A stretch of DNA of 64,000 nucleotides, from the NCBI RefSeq assembly GCF_000150275.1, contig NW_002060943.1, positions 11,470,878 through 11,534,877 on the forward strand. Reading direction: 5' to 3'. A model generated the notes under the pieces. The model worked only from the letters and a program-made list of their open reading frames with translations, did not search any database and was not told the DNA's origin. This document shows, one piece after another, positions 42,234 through 56,515 of this stretch. The stretch's first letter is position 1. Every line of letters begins with the position of its first letter. The stretch comes from Trichoplax adhaerens. Taxonomy: Eukaryota > Animalia > Placozoa. The translations under genes were made by a program, and so were the position numbers.

Positions 42234-44355
42234 ATGGATGATACGCGAGCTATTTATTGCCTGGGTTGCAAGACCTCGTCATATCAAAATCCCAAGTTAA
42301 AATTTTTAGTTAATGCTTGTGGCCATCGTTTGTAAGTCATCGATGAAGAAATCAATTAATGAATTATACTATTTAAATCATGTTGCAGTAATACTGCGTC
42401 GTGTCGAGATTTACATATTTGTATATATTTACTGCCAACACATTAGTCTACGTACAGTTTTCATTCCATTTACCAAAGTTACAAAATGTCACCTACCTAA
42501 ATATTATCGAACAGATCAAGTTTCAACTTTTTCTTACTGCAGGTGTGATGGTTGCATCAAGGCTATGTTCGTTAGACCTTCGGCTCCTTGTCCTCAATGC
42601 GGAACCATATTAAAACGTAGCGAATTTCGCGATCACCTTTTTGATGATGCTCACGTTGAAAAAGAGATAGATATTCGCAAAAAGATCTTAAAAGTGTAAG
42701 TTAAATTAATCCATTACGGATCTAGGTTTTGTAAATACGCGTATATGGGATCAAATTATATTGTAGCAATAAAAATCAAATTCGCATTGCACAATTGATA
42801 GAATAATTTGATACTAATATTCATATGTAATATGTATGAGATATCGATTTCGAAATACCTTCACGCAAATGAATGGCTCTTAAATAAGTTATGCTCTCTT
42901 ATTCAGATACAATAAACAAGAAGACGACTTTAAACTTACCTCAGACTATGATGATTATTTGGAAGCAATAGAAAGTATAAGTACGTTGTAAAACATAATT
43001 CTTATGCTTAATAATATTAGTAAATAAATCATGCCAATAAAGAAAATAATATTATCTACCTTTAATATCATTATCGTCGATCGACATGTAATTACAATAA
43101 TATATAATTAAGCATAATGATATGAAATAGAAAATTAAAAAGCGTGGCTAGAGATTAAATTTTGATGTAATAATATTCCGCGAACTTAGTATATAACCTC
43201 ACAAATGGCATTAATGTTGATGAAACGAAGGCTAAGGTCGAAAAATACAAAAAAGATAATCAAGCACTCATTGCTAGAAACAGGTCAAGACTGGTAAGCA
43301 TCATAACCCAAGTATTATACTATCTCATCAACATAAGATCGTAATAGAAATCAATCTAATTTTTGGGCATTAGAATTTGGAACAAGAACGAATAACTACT
43401 ATGGTTAAAACAGAATTAGATGAAATAGAGAAAAAAAAAGAAAAACTACTATTAGAAGAAAAAGAAGAACTTAGAAAACGCAGATCTGATAAAGAAGCAT
43501 TATTAAATGATCTAGTAAATTATTTTTATTATGAAAATATGCTACGTCGTCTAAATGCCATTGTATCAACTTTCAGTATATGTTTTAATGGTGAATTCTC
43601 ATTTTCTCTAGACGTATGCTGATGCGCCTGTTGACACAGTTCTGGCTAATTATAAGAAAACCCATACGGAGCAAATGAACAAGAAAAATTTGTTGAACAA
43701 GAATGTAGGCATTCGTATTTATTTCTAATAAAGATACATATTTTCTATTACAAATTACGTAAAATTATTAATAATATATTTATCGCGACTGCATAGTATA
43801 AATGTTGCCAAGGATAAATTTTAGAATGCAAGTATATCCTAACGAACAATTTGTTACTGCCCACATTGTAGTGTAGATTTATATTATATACGAGTATAGG
43901 TAAATACTTGTAACAGATTAACGGTAAAGAACTAACGAAAATTCTTTATAATAATTTAGATGGATGAAAAGGTTGTCTTTTTCACAACCGACAATAAAGA
44001 AGAGGGTTACACTTACATTCCATTTAACGAAGATAACCTAGGACCTAAAGCACCATCTCCAGCGGAACTATTGAAAGAGAAGTATGGACTATTGATCATT
44101 TTGACTTTAGAGCCTTACTATTACATCAATATCATAGCAATATTTTATCAATAATTGATTAAATGTGATCGAGAATAATCATTAGCATATATCACTTGAA
44201 GAAAGACGATTGTAATCCTTACTTCTCCAATTCTGGTTCGAACTAGGTACGTAAGGAACGTTCACATATCAGAAGAACTCAAAGGCGGAGGATTTACTAC
44301 ACTGATTGTCTGCAACCGGGCTATACAAGAAGCTTTCAGTTGCTTACTCGATTAA
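42234..44355 (+). CDS. MNAT1: MNAT1 (MAT1), CAK/TFIIH RING assembly factor
   Basis: RING CLGCKTSSYQNPKLKFLVNACGHRLCDGC...CPQC; FDDAHVEKEIDIRKKILKVYNKQEDDF; YDDYLEAIESIIYNL; GGGFTTLIVCNRAIQEAFSCLLD*, TAA at 44353-44355. Confidence 0.96.
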
Positions 44356-45319
44356 AAGACTTTATTCTGATCAACATAAATTTAATCGGTATCGCTTATT
44401 TTAAATGCCCCTATATGCGGACGATATACGATACCGAATTATTTTCATGTTACCTTACAATTATGGATTCCCGTGCGATTAATCCTGCCATTCAAATCTA
44501 TACATATGTGCATAAGTGAACTATAACGAAATGATTTAAGAAATTCGAAGTTATGGTATTTTGATCTTTCTGTACCTGTATTATATTAAATTCAAACTAT
44601 ATGGCATAGCTAAAATGTAGTTAAAGTAGCTAGATACTATCACTCATTAACTTCCAATAATCTTTGGCACGTTATGATGTTAAAGCCACAACATATTTGT
44701 AGTACAGTGTCACCTTTGGAATTAAGAAAATCGAGAAGAATTTAGAAAGCAAAACTATAATACATCGCCTGCGAGCTTTAATCAACCCATGATAGAAACC
44801 ATTATTTCAAAGAAACTCTCTCTGAGAACCTCCGTCGTTGTAGTCAGATGTAATTACTTGACTGTCCATCTAAAAACTAATCTTGAAATAAGCTCTATTG
44901 TAAGATAAGATTGTATGTACTGTACCTGGTATAGGTTTTACTTTTGATCTGATATTTAAGTATAATTTAATACTTACTAATGCATAAATATATTAAGGAT
45001 GTAACGGCATCTAATGTATATTCGTATTTATATTTACAGTAATAAAACATGCGATAACACGAGCTCTAAATATTTAATGATTAACTTTCTATATTAATGA
45101 AGTATTAACTTTTGTTGTAATCTATGTGACTTATGATCTGGAAACTATGTAATCATACGAAATTCCTACTATATGTTAGGCATCAAAATTTAATGAGTTT
45201 GAAAAAACTAGGGGCTAAACTCGATTTTATGTGAAATAAGTAATTGCATCAATAGGTAATCCTAACCATAGATCTTATAGTTTACTATATTTAGAAATTT
45301 ACTGATTTGAAGCGATAAG

Positions 45320-45565
45320 TATAAGTTGTAAATTCTATGATTTGTCAGGTTTAGAGATTGATTTCATTGATCAAGGCTAGAATTAGGATTGCATTTGATC
45401 ATACTAAGGCTAAATTAGAAGACAGAACCTACCGCCCTTTTTACTAAAAGTAAATCATAAATTGCAAATTCTGTGATTTGTCATATTCCGAGATTGATCG
45501 TTTAATGTTTTTGAGCTAGGGTTGCGGTCAGTATTCGAAAATAGTAGGGTAAAATTAGACTTCAC
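45320..45565. repeat. Degenerate tandem duplication, ~136 bp
   Basis: aaattct(a/g)tgatttgtca..gagattgat at 45330 and 45466, each unit ending in ..aaattaga. Confidence 0.7.
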
Positions 45566-48500
45566 ATGTAATGATTAGGTATCTGCACATGACCGTAATC
45601 TTTATGGTATGGATATTTTTATTTGCAACCTTTTAATTATTACTGCTAACTTAACGACTGAAGTAAGTAATTATAACAGATTTTACGTGTTTTTTCATTG
45701 AAGCAAATGACCTTCAACATGCGCAATAAAATTATTGAAACTTATAAAACACTCAGAGTAGTAATAGTGTTAACTTAAGAAATGCAATCAGTGTGCGCCC
45801 ACCGGCTCATACGAGTATGACCGCTTTGTGCCCCAAATATTACTAATAACATATTTTAAGAGAAATAAAAGTGCAATATCGTGTCCATTAATTAATATAA
45901 ATATAAGATTTTATACAACTACTATGCAAGGGAACGCTACACCAAAAATTTTAATCAATTTACGGATACTAAAGGCAGAAGATAAATTCTTGGGAAGGTA
46001 TTTACGTTTTTGTTGCTTTGCTATCATTGAATATCTTATCTTATTTAGTGCGCAATATATGATAATTTCCATTTATGAAAGCCTAGATAGTATACACTAA
46101 CAATAAGAATATTTAATAAATTATGGTATTTAAGAGTATAACAGATACTTTATAACATCTAATCCGTGGTAACTCGTGATACTCTGATCAAATATTTCTT
46201 CCGGCCACGTATATGAACTGATGTAACAAAAATAAAGAAAAGGAAGCGGTTAATCTTGTAAATTCTTTCACCACATCACTTCCTATTACTTCACTATATA
46301 TAATTGTCATTAAATCTATCCTACTGAAAGTTAGATAGAGGAGACCTATCTGAAGTTCAAAATGAAAAAAATCTAAGGAAATGTCTTTTACTGTCATTAT
46401 TTTATGAGGAAGCTTATCCAGGAATGTGCTAATAACGATTTATCGATGAATTTTTTACGTTCGTTTATAGACAGATACATTCACTTATAATAATATCATC
46501 GGAGTATTGATAACTGATGTTAACAAGGCAATACTGTATGAACTTGTAGATTTTCAATAAAAGTTCAATTGTTTAGTTTTGAAAAGACGTATAGTTTACT
46601 ATAATCGCCTAATGATGAAGGAGATCGTCAGTATTTATAATCGTAATGCAGCAATTTCTGGTAATGGCTATTTCTTCGATATCAACTCCGGTTTGTAGGG
46701 CAATGAAAATCGAACGCATGAGAGTTCTGTTATATCATATCTTACGAAGTATTGTTATCTAAGGAGTAATCAATTTAATTATTTGTTACTTTTATTTAAA
46801 TGCATGATTAATTTACGTAGGACATTTACACTAAAAAGAGAAATCAACGAGTGGGTTTTACGGTATATGAAATGCAAAGTATTTAATACTCATACCTACG
46901 TATATATGCCTAATTCTTGAGTTAGAACTATGTACTAATGTTAGTACATCAAGGACTCCCTTAAAAATAAATGTAGATTTCAATTAATTATAATACTGTA
47001 ACATGGCCCTCAGTTATATCGAAAGTGGCGTGATATCGATGACTCTCTTTACACATACTAATGTTAATTAACATATGGTATTTCTATAATAGAATCTGTG
47101 CAATCTGTAGTAATGCGGTGACTCGTTTCCATTAGCCAGGTAATAAGGGTGATAACAAATCGCACTGATAGACTCAGTTTATCATTAATAACAAACAGAT
47201 TCATATAAGCAGATAGAAAGATAAGGATTGAATCAAACATTTATTCTTAATAAGATTTAGACCGGGACATTCCAATGGTATGATTAATGTTAATCCCTTT
47301 GATTAAACTTATGCTGATGTTAAGTATCTCTTTTTAAGATATAAGCGCAGCTATTTATTTAGTACTGGTATTACTAGGTATTATTATAATTCTACAAGTT
47401 GGCTTACTTTAGTCCGATATTTAATCTGATCAAAATCACTCTAATTCGATTAGATTAAAACAATTAATATGATCTCTTTACATATGGAAGCCAATTAGTA
47501 ATTACCAAATTAGCTTACGTGTATAAGAGATGATCAATATGATAACTGTTCATCTTAAGCTGAACAACTTATTCATTGATCCAAGCCAAGCGATATTCGT
47601 ACGACTGTACTTGACTAACCTCTATTTATTGATAGCTATCTTATTAAAATGTAGATAATCTTTTCAGATCTTCATAATTAATTTAGTTCTAATCTAGTGT
47701 AAATTTCTAAGCCATATTATCTCGAAATTTCACGTTGTAACCAAATCTCCTCTTTGATGATTTTTTAACTTTCCGGTTTCATAATTTTCTTACTTCCATT
47801 TAATATCGCCATATAATATAGAACGAATGAGTAAGGTGAAGGTATTGATGTATTGTTAAAGAATTTAAAGTATAAGAATGGATTACATTTTGTTTTTAAA
47901 TATAAGTAAATATTTTATTAACATCAAAAACCATGCAACATGTTTTGCTACAGTTAGTAAACATTCAATAATCTAATATGAAATACGTGACGCATATAGG
48001 TGTGGTTACGATAAATTGCAGTTCGAGCCTTAGCTATATCAATCTAACATTTTTAGGTATTCTAAACTCTATTTTTATTGAATGCTGTCAGGTAGGATGC
48101 CATAGATTAGGCATTATACTGTATAGGAATGTACATATGATAGGTACTAGCGAGAGTCAAATTATATACTCTTATTGTATTGATATATCATTTTAATACG
48201 ATTTCAAAATACAACTAATTGCAAAATTGTGCTTTGATTATTAATTGATCGTAAAAAATCCTGTCACGTTTTCGTTGTCAGGTAATAAAATTTTATAACC
48301 ATCACTATAGTATCGGTAAATAAAAATTAAGTAGTCATGACGACTACTTAATTTCAATTCTTAAATCTTAAATTTGTAAACTTAAGGAAGGAATTGTATC
48401 TAAACTATTTCAATAACTCATATCTTTAAATAAAATTCCTCAAGCGATAATATAGCAAATAATATTTACTATAAGGCTACTGTATTCAAGCTAGTATATA

Positions 48501-49569
48501 ATCTACTATTGATATATTTTTGATATAAAGACTACGAATATAACTTTAATTACAACATTCAACCAATACTTCCATATGAATACTCGTATGTACGTTTAAT
48601 GTCAAAGTAAAGAAACTATGTTATTTATATCAGCCTTAACCAAATTATTGGGGTATTAGGACAGCAATAAAGAGCATCTTTTAATTAGTCTAAATAATAT
48701 TTATTGCATCCTTCAGAATTATTCCATTAATCAAGACTTTGATAATTTACAGCACTTCAAATTCCAGTAATAGTACAATGATTTGACATATAAACGTATG
48801 CACATTATAACTCTACGTCAAGGCTCATTTATATTTATATATTTGTATAAATATATCTATAGAACTCCCCTAAGTAACAATTATTAATAATAATATTGTC
48901 AATATCCAATCAACTAAGACACAATAGACGCTACTGGAATTGTTTTACCTCGTCTAATGCTATCAACTCAGAAAAAAACATTTAATTGTGTTTTGTTCAT
49001 ATTACTACAGTTTTCAGAGTCTTTGTCAGTATTTTCAAACATATGCTTTGATTTCTTAATGGCAATACCAATGGTTATCTGTCTCAACTTAAATTATTAT
49101 TAGCAAAACTGTCTATCACACTCCTAATTGAATCAAATAGGATAAAACTATTAATCTTATTGTCTTACTTTTAATTATAAGCTATAACTCATCATGACTC
49201 ATGCTGCTTTATTTGCAATATCTATCTAATTATTTCAAATTGGCTATTTCAATTTTATAGTACAAATGTAATTTTTTCGAATAATTCCTGATAGTATAGT
49301 ATATCTATCTCGAATTATACTGATTCGTAAGAGAATAAGCACTATTCGTAGCAATATTCGCACGTATGGTATTAATTTGATTTTGTATCAATCCCAGGAA
49401 GAGAATTTGGAGTAATTAAGGAATATTTTTGTGCATTGCTTTATAATAGATACTGATATGATACGTATAAAATTATTTGACTAGTAATTAATTATTTCTC
49501 AAAGGCTATCCTCGATGGATCTCCTTCGTTATGCCCAACACTGACTAATTAAATCTTCTCTAGTGATAA

Positions 49570-49875
49570 AAAATCAACGACTTCCGCTTATTCGCTGTAC
49601 AATCATTGTCAAATGATGTTACGCCATTCAACGATTTATCAATTTTTTATTATTTAACCTTTTTCGTCTAGTAATAGGAAATCGCCGAGTTCCGTTTTTA
49701 TCCACAATATGATCATTATTTTACAATGTTACTTACGTCATTCCTCAATTTATCATTTTGGACCTTATTTTGGCTACTTTTCTTAAATAATAAGAAATCG
49801 CTAACTTTCGTTGATTCGCTGCGTAACCATTATTGCACAATGATACTTTACTCATAAATTTATCATTTTAAGCTT
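49570..49875. repeat. Three degenerate tandem copies, ~108-116 bp
   Basis: aaatc..tt(c/t)cg..cat..aatg..atttatca units starting at 49571, 49679 and 49795. Confidence 0.7.
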
Positions 49876-52800
49876 TACTTTATGGTATTTTAGCTTCAGC
49901 ATTAGCAATCTAGATTTAATTCTTATAATAGGCCTGTAATATAAGTACTGCATACTAACTCAATTTAAGATTGATTAAATAAGTCTAGTTGCGGCAAAAC
50001 TACTGTATACAGTATCCATATTTTATCATGAAATGGTGAAAGGATTCGATTTCTTTAATCTCTTTTAGTATTCTCTTCACTATCCACCTTTTATAATGAA
50101 ATTTATTTAATACTGATTGTCACTTTAGTGTAATACCAGTTTAAATTACAGATGTTGAATAAATAGCAATAACTACTAATAGCTCATGTTTTAAAATTTC
50201 ATTTTATTTTGAACAGCTGTTTATTTTTATGTTTGAATTCTAATTATTGTATTATCTGTACAATCATTTCATTTCTTATTAAGAAAAAATTATAGGAAAT
50301 AACACACTGCTTTATCATATAGCTGACTTAATCAGCCAATGAAATCGATCAATAGCAATTCTACATTTTAAATTTGATAGTAATCCAGTCTAAGCTATTT
50401 TATATATTTTTCCCCCTAATTGAGTTAAGGTATTTATTTTATCATTAATGCGTAGTGCTCATAAAAAGTTATAAAACAGAAAAAATCTGTGTACCTTTAA
50501 TTTCGAGTATTTCATTATTTAATAGGATAGTTCTATCTCTTTCTTCTAATTACTTAACTACCTCGGCATAAATCAAAGAAATTATGATTTCATTTTAAAG
50601 AAAACAATGACTGTTTTATTCCAATTTACGCAAGTACTTCTTACAGTGCCATATATTCGATTTCTAATAAGTCATAGCACCGTTATCATCTACTGTAGAT
50701 TTGTTAGTAAAATCGTGGTCACGTCTTTCATGACGTGTCGTAAATTATAGACACATTATTTCCTTCCTGAAGCATGAGAATTAATTGCTTTAGTTTAGTA
50801 CATATATCGCATTATCATATTCTTTTTTTAAGAGAATGAATTCATACTGTTTGCTGTTTTGTTAATCTAATAACAATTATAAAATAATATGATTATAGCC
50901 GTCATAAAACATCAATTTTAATTTGTTATTCAATATTTTCTTATGCCCAATTTATAGAATTACTCGTTAATAATGACGTGAGAATCAATAAGAAAATAAC
51001 AGTTGTCATGCTATACAATATAAGAAGGGTAAGAAATTCTTATATTTTAAAAATTTCACGATTAAATTAAATCGTCACTTCCTAGTATTTCAAATTCAAT
51101 ATTAATGATACTATAGCTAATCATCCAAAAATAACTTAATTCGGTCCTTTTCTATAAATCAATTGATAAACTATGGTAGAGCAAGAAGGAAGGAAACAAC
51201 TCATTATTCTATTCATATCATTTTCTTCCTGTTTGTACATTTTTTCCGCTTATAATTATTTATTCATACTTAGACCAACTTGTGATGATATCCAAACAGC
51301 ACATGCCGATAGATTGAAATCCTTATTTTTTACACTTAGTACTCAATTAGAATCGTTGTATGTCACTTGTATATCCTGAAATTACTTTGGATACTAATAT
51401 TAACGCAGCGTTTTTAATGACAACAAGCTTAAACGATGACGGCGATCATTGTTTTTAGTTGATAACTTAAGTTGGTCGTTTCAGTAGATTACGTGAGAAA
51501 GTTTCCTTTTCCCTATGTGTTATTGACATCGTTTAATATTACAATACTAAAAAGAACGACACGAGGAATGGAATCTGAAACAGTTATATTAATGTTATCA
51601 TGGAAGTTTCATTATTGTAGAAACCGATGTTGAAAAATCTTAAATATATTGTGAATGATAATTGTTAATTTAACGTTAATCACCGATTTGAAGAGAAATG
51701 TCGCAATATTAAATCAAAGAACTGTGATAAAACTGGAACAAAGCCAAAATTTTGTCTACTACTTTTAAACGAATTAAAACAAAAGCCGACCTTTAAATAT
51801 TTAGGCACTAAATTGGACATTATCAGACTAATTTTTATTTATGCACTGTTTATAATTTGAATCGATTAATGGAATAGGGGACAAAAGAGTATTAGACTAA
51901 AGCAATATGATTGATAGAATAAATCAACATGACAATATTTAGAAATTATCCACAATATGATTAGGCAAGAATGAGGGAGAGAATAGAGCATTTTTTAAAG
52001 CAACAGCTAGTCTATTAAACATAACATACACATAGCATTAACATTTGTCATCATACCATCAATATGATTATCGATAATAAATAATAAATTAAAGCAATCA
52101 ATCAATTCTACGCTTAATTGCTTATTTATCCATTAACAGGAAAAAATCTGCAGTTTGCATGATAATAGAATTATAATTGTTGGATACAATATCCGGACTG
52201 ACTGTAAAACAAAATTATGATAATTTAAGCTTTAATGAAGCCCTTAAATCTAAAAAATGCAATAAAACTAGACATAAGGTATATTAATGTATTGTATAAA
52301 AGTAATCGTGTACTGTATATGGTGTAACACAGATGTTAAGTATTTGAGTATGATTTTGATTTCATTAAAGTCAAGTAAATATTAAAAGCATCGATTGAAA
52401 AGCGCTAATATTGTTTGAGTTAAATAACAGTTAATGCTTAAAATTTTTGTAGTAGCCTTAAGATTTAGTTAGAAATGTTAATTCCATAACCAAAAAAATT
52501 GACAAAAATTTTATAAAAAGAACTATTTTCTCTACTATCTGGAAGTTCTAAGGAAAGCATTTTACATTATAAAGCCGAACACGCTTAAATATTAGAATGC
52601 TTACGAAGGGGTAGGTTATATATATTCTATTGCGTAATAATCACTAGAGCTAAAGTCTCTATTTATTTATTTATTGATCTTATGTTAGCTCTAATGATTA
52701 AATTAGATAGTTTAACAGGATTAATATATGTAACTTAAATAAACCCCAAAAATCGTAAATTAGGTATACCAGAAAAATAGTCCTTGTCCAATTAATTTTA

Positions 52801-54064
52801 TACATAATAATCTTCCATTTCAAGTTCTGTTGCCAAAGCAAAATGATCACATAGATTCTAAGCATTAATAGAATTCAGTGAATGCAATATTCGTATATTC
52901 TACGTTGATAACATATTTATTTTTCGTGATGATAAAATTAAAATTAAGAACTTACATTGAGATAGCATTTCGTATTAGATGGACAACTTGTGATTAAATT
53001 CAACTGACTAATAGAAGGTTGTAGACGTTAAAGTTTTAAATTTTATATTATAACACAATATCTGATTCCACATGAAATACTTATAGGAACAAAACTTTAC
53101 AGATTATTCAATGGCCTAAGACTATGACCACGTACATGTACAAATATGTAACAGACAGAAAATGGTCATCGATTGACATTTCTAATTTATTTATTTACTT
53201 GTTTATTTTTATAACAGTCGATTCAGTCGTATAATAAAAGCATGATAAATACAGTATCAAAATGAATATTTCTATGGTAATAATAAACGTATGGGCAATG
53301 CCTACAAACATGTTACTTGCCTTAATAGTCATTTTAATGCTCTGGCGGTAGCGTCAATATTTCTCCTACAAAAATCTTAATGATGAGTAAATTGCTAATC
53401 GATTACAAAATTCTTTAATTAATGCTTAGGCTATTAAAGTTAGCAATAGAAGTTTAACTTACAACGCTATCTCCCTTACAGCCTATTTTGATCGAGTTTG
53501 ATTTTAAAAAAATAAACAAACTGTAAAATGGGATATCCATTGGAAAGGATAGTACTGTACACTGTGTCCATTATACTCTTAATGGGATAAAGTTCCATTC
53601 AGATTGGATCGTATTATAATAGGGACTTTTCGTTAGTTATAATATTTAAGTTCTCGTAGTTCAATATAGAATACATTATTGCCATAGCTATTTTCCAAAT
53701 TTTAACCATACTATTTATATTATAATTGTCTATCGAATAACTAGGCGCGTTTCTAATATTAATTCTTACAAATATATTACCTTAGGCATTAACGATAGCT
53801 TATAACGCATAAATTGTAATAAATTCATCTTGACTAGCCACTATTTTATATAATCAGTTTCAATTCAACTTGTTTTCTATCAAATAGGGCAATGTCTATC
53901 GTGTACAATAACATGAAAAAAAAGTTATAAAAGAGGATATTAAAAAGAGCTCATTGAAATAATGACAAGTTATAGTGGTTATACAAATGGCTAAGGTTTC
54001 CTTAGTAAACAATTATTTTTTAAGTAGATACCGTAGCAGTCGATAGACGACTTAAGGAGTATTA

Positions 54065-54430
54065 CTGCGTCATTTCATGACTAGCAAATATTAACCCTTG
54101 TACTGCCCTACCATAACACCACCCTTATACATTAATATTTTCTGGGGTATACTTGTAATTTCTTATGATGTTCGATCCTAAAGGTTTAATATAAGATCTA
54201 TCGTGACATTCTTCCTCTATAATAAATTAATTACATTAAAATTGTTTACACTGCGTAATTTCATGACCAATAGTTATCAGCCCATGTACTGTGTTACACT
54301 ACACTTGTATACCAGCGTTTTTAGCGTTAATACCTTATGGAATTCAATCGTTCTATCCTGAAGATTTAATAAAAAAGCTATCATGACATTCTTTACGCTA
54401 GTGTGATTAATAGCGTTAAAATTATTTGCA
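54065..54430. repeat. Degenerate tandem duplication, ~186 bp
   Basis: ctgcgt(c/a)atttcatgac at 54065 and 54251. Both units also contain ctatc(g/a)tgacattctt. Confidence 0.8.
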
Positions 54431-55979
54431 TATTATGGATTGCTATGTTATTGAAGGCCAGACCATGATAACTTTGTCGATCTTTTCATTATACTAACTG
54501 AATAAAAATGATTATAGCTATTTCTCACCTAGATATGGTAGTAGTCGCAAGTACGATATACGAATAATTATATTATTTTTTCTTTCTAACTGGATACGGT
54601 AGTCTTTAATTGCAGTTATAAGTAAACTTCAAAGCAATAGGAGCATACACTGTAGAAGGTAGAATACGCGTCTATGGGTATTTTCTGAAGTTAAAAAGTA
54701 ACGATATTATTTTAGTGGTAGGATGTCAAGTTATTTCTAAATCCGTTATCTACCTGTAGCTGTTGGATCAATCCGGTCGAGATTGATATTCAACTGTACA
54801 TTATATTTTAGGCTTGACATTTTTTACTATGTAATTCAATTTAGGGCAGCCAGTATTAATCAAAGTCTATACTGGTTATAATTAGTTAATAACTCATAAT
54901 AGGGTCAAGTGTTATTGAGAAAAATGAAAAATTGAATTTAATTAACATACTTAATGATATGCGTAGATACAGCAAGCATTTAGAGGTATTGAAGGCATGG
55001 TGCGATATGCTTTAATAAATCATGTCGTCGTTCAATAAGGTATTTTTGATTCGATTAGTTATTACAGAGTACTAGAGGGTACTGGTATGTTTAAATATAT
55101 AATCCAATTAACAGATTGTCACTATTTTAGAAAGATGACCAGTTTTTTAACTAGTTGTAAAAAATTACTGATCTATCATGGTAGAATGACTAGGTTATTT
55201 TAGTAAATGGTATATGTGATATTGTAGAACTGAGATTGCACTTAGGGTAGAGTTTTCTGGCGCTATCTAAAGTATGAAATAAATCATTCGATTATTGAAC
55301 TAGGCATGGTATGCGCGCCTACTATCTTTGAAATCTGCTAGTATTGACATAGATATAGGTTATAGACATCGAATTTTATTTTGTATCATGCGTGATATAA
55401 ATTGGGGGTAAGACAAGAATGCAGGGATAAGATACCGTACAAAGTTAATATGCGAAACATGGATTGAGTTACCGTATTTGAAGCGGTGGCTTTCCTTTAT
55501 TGATCATCATTTCAATTAATAAATGATATTTTGGTGACTAGCAGCCTGGATACAATATCCTAGGACACCTATTACAGATTTAGGTAGAAGCATCATCATG
55601 AATATTTTTCATACATGATATGATTTTTTATTAAATGGAATATCATTTGCAGCTAACTTAGAATTTATAATTCTATTTCAGCGCAATGTACTCGTATAAT
55701 GTTGGACTATAGCTTGCGCAGATTGATCTAGGTCCACTAGTGTAGATATGATCATAGAACTAAATTTTTAAATGACTTAGCAATAAAAGTTTTGATCAGA
55801 TGGCCTCTGATATCAATGCAGTTTGATACTAAAGCCTATTATTAAAAGAGCGGGGTAGAAGCTGTTTGTGCCGACATATAAATTTGTCCTTTTCCGAGGC
55901 TTTTACGGCCTGTGTTGATCCTATGTTGATGTTTTCATTCGTTACTGATTTGGAAAATGGGCCTATATTAAACGCATTA

Positions 55980-56515
55980 CTGAAGGTGAGTGACTGCAGC
56001 ATACAGTATGCCTTTTAAGTAATATGGTAGCTATTTTGTTTATAGCGGGAAGAATAGAATTTCTCGCTCTCATTTTGCAACGGATGTAAGAGAAATTTTT
56101 ATAGACTGAAAAGGAAAAGAATAATTATAAACTGCAAAAGTATTAATGGACATTGTTTTTTACCACCAGATTTAACTCGATGCTGAAAGTAAATGACAAC
56201 AGTATATGCCTCTTAGGTAATAGCTATTTTATTTATAACAAGACGAATAAAATTTCATATTCTCAGTTTGCAACGGATTAAAAGATGTTATTTAAGACTA
56301 AAGAAAGTGAATGAATAAATATAAACTGCAAATTATTAATGGGCATCATTTTTTCTACCAGATTAAACTCAATACTGAAAGTAAATGACTGCAGTATACC
56401 ATATTTGTATGCGTTTTAACTGTAAGTGATAGCCATTTTGTTTACAGCTTGTGAACGGAAAGAATAAAATTTCATATTGTTAGTTTGTAACGAATGTAAG
56501 CCATATTTTCTTAGA
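55980..56515. repeat. ~2.7 degenerate tandem copies, ~192-203 bp
   Basis: ctgaa(a/g)gt..tgac..cag anchors at 55980, 56183 and 56375. Shared blocks: gaata(a/g)aattt, tttg(c/t)aacg, tataaactgcaaa. Confidence 0.85.

Noticed and set aside
52181-55560. Identical 14-mer hairpin TGGATACAATATCC at 52181 and 55547
   Set aside because: One 14-nt match within 17 kb of AT-rich DNA is compatible with chance, and there is no extended flanking similarity.
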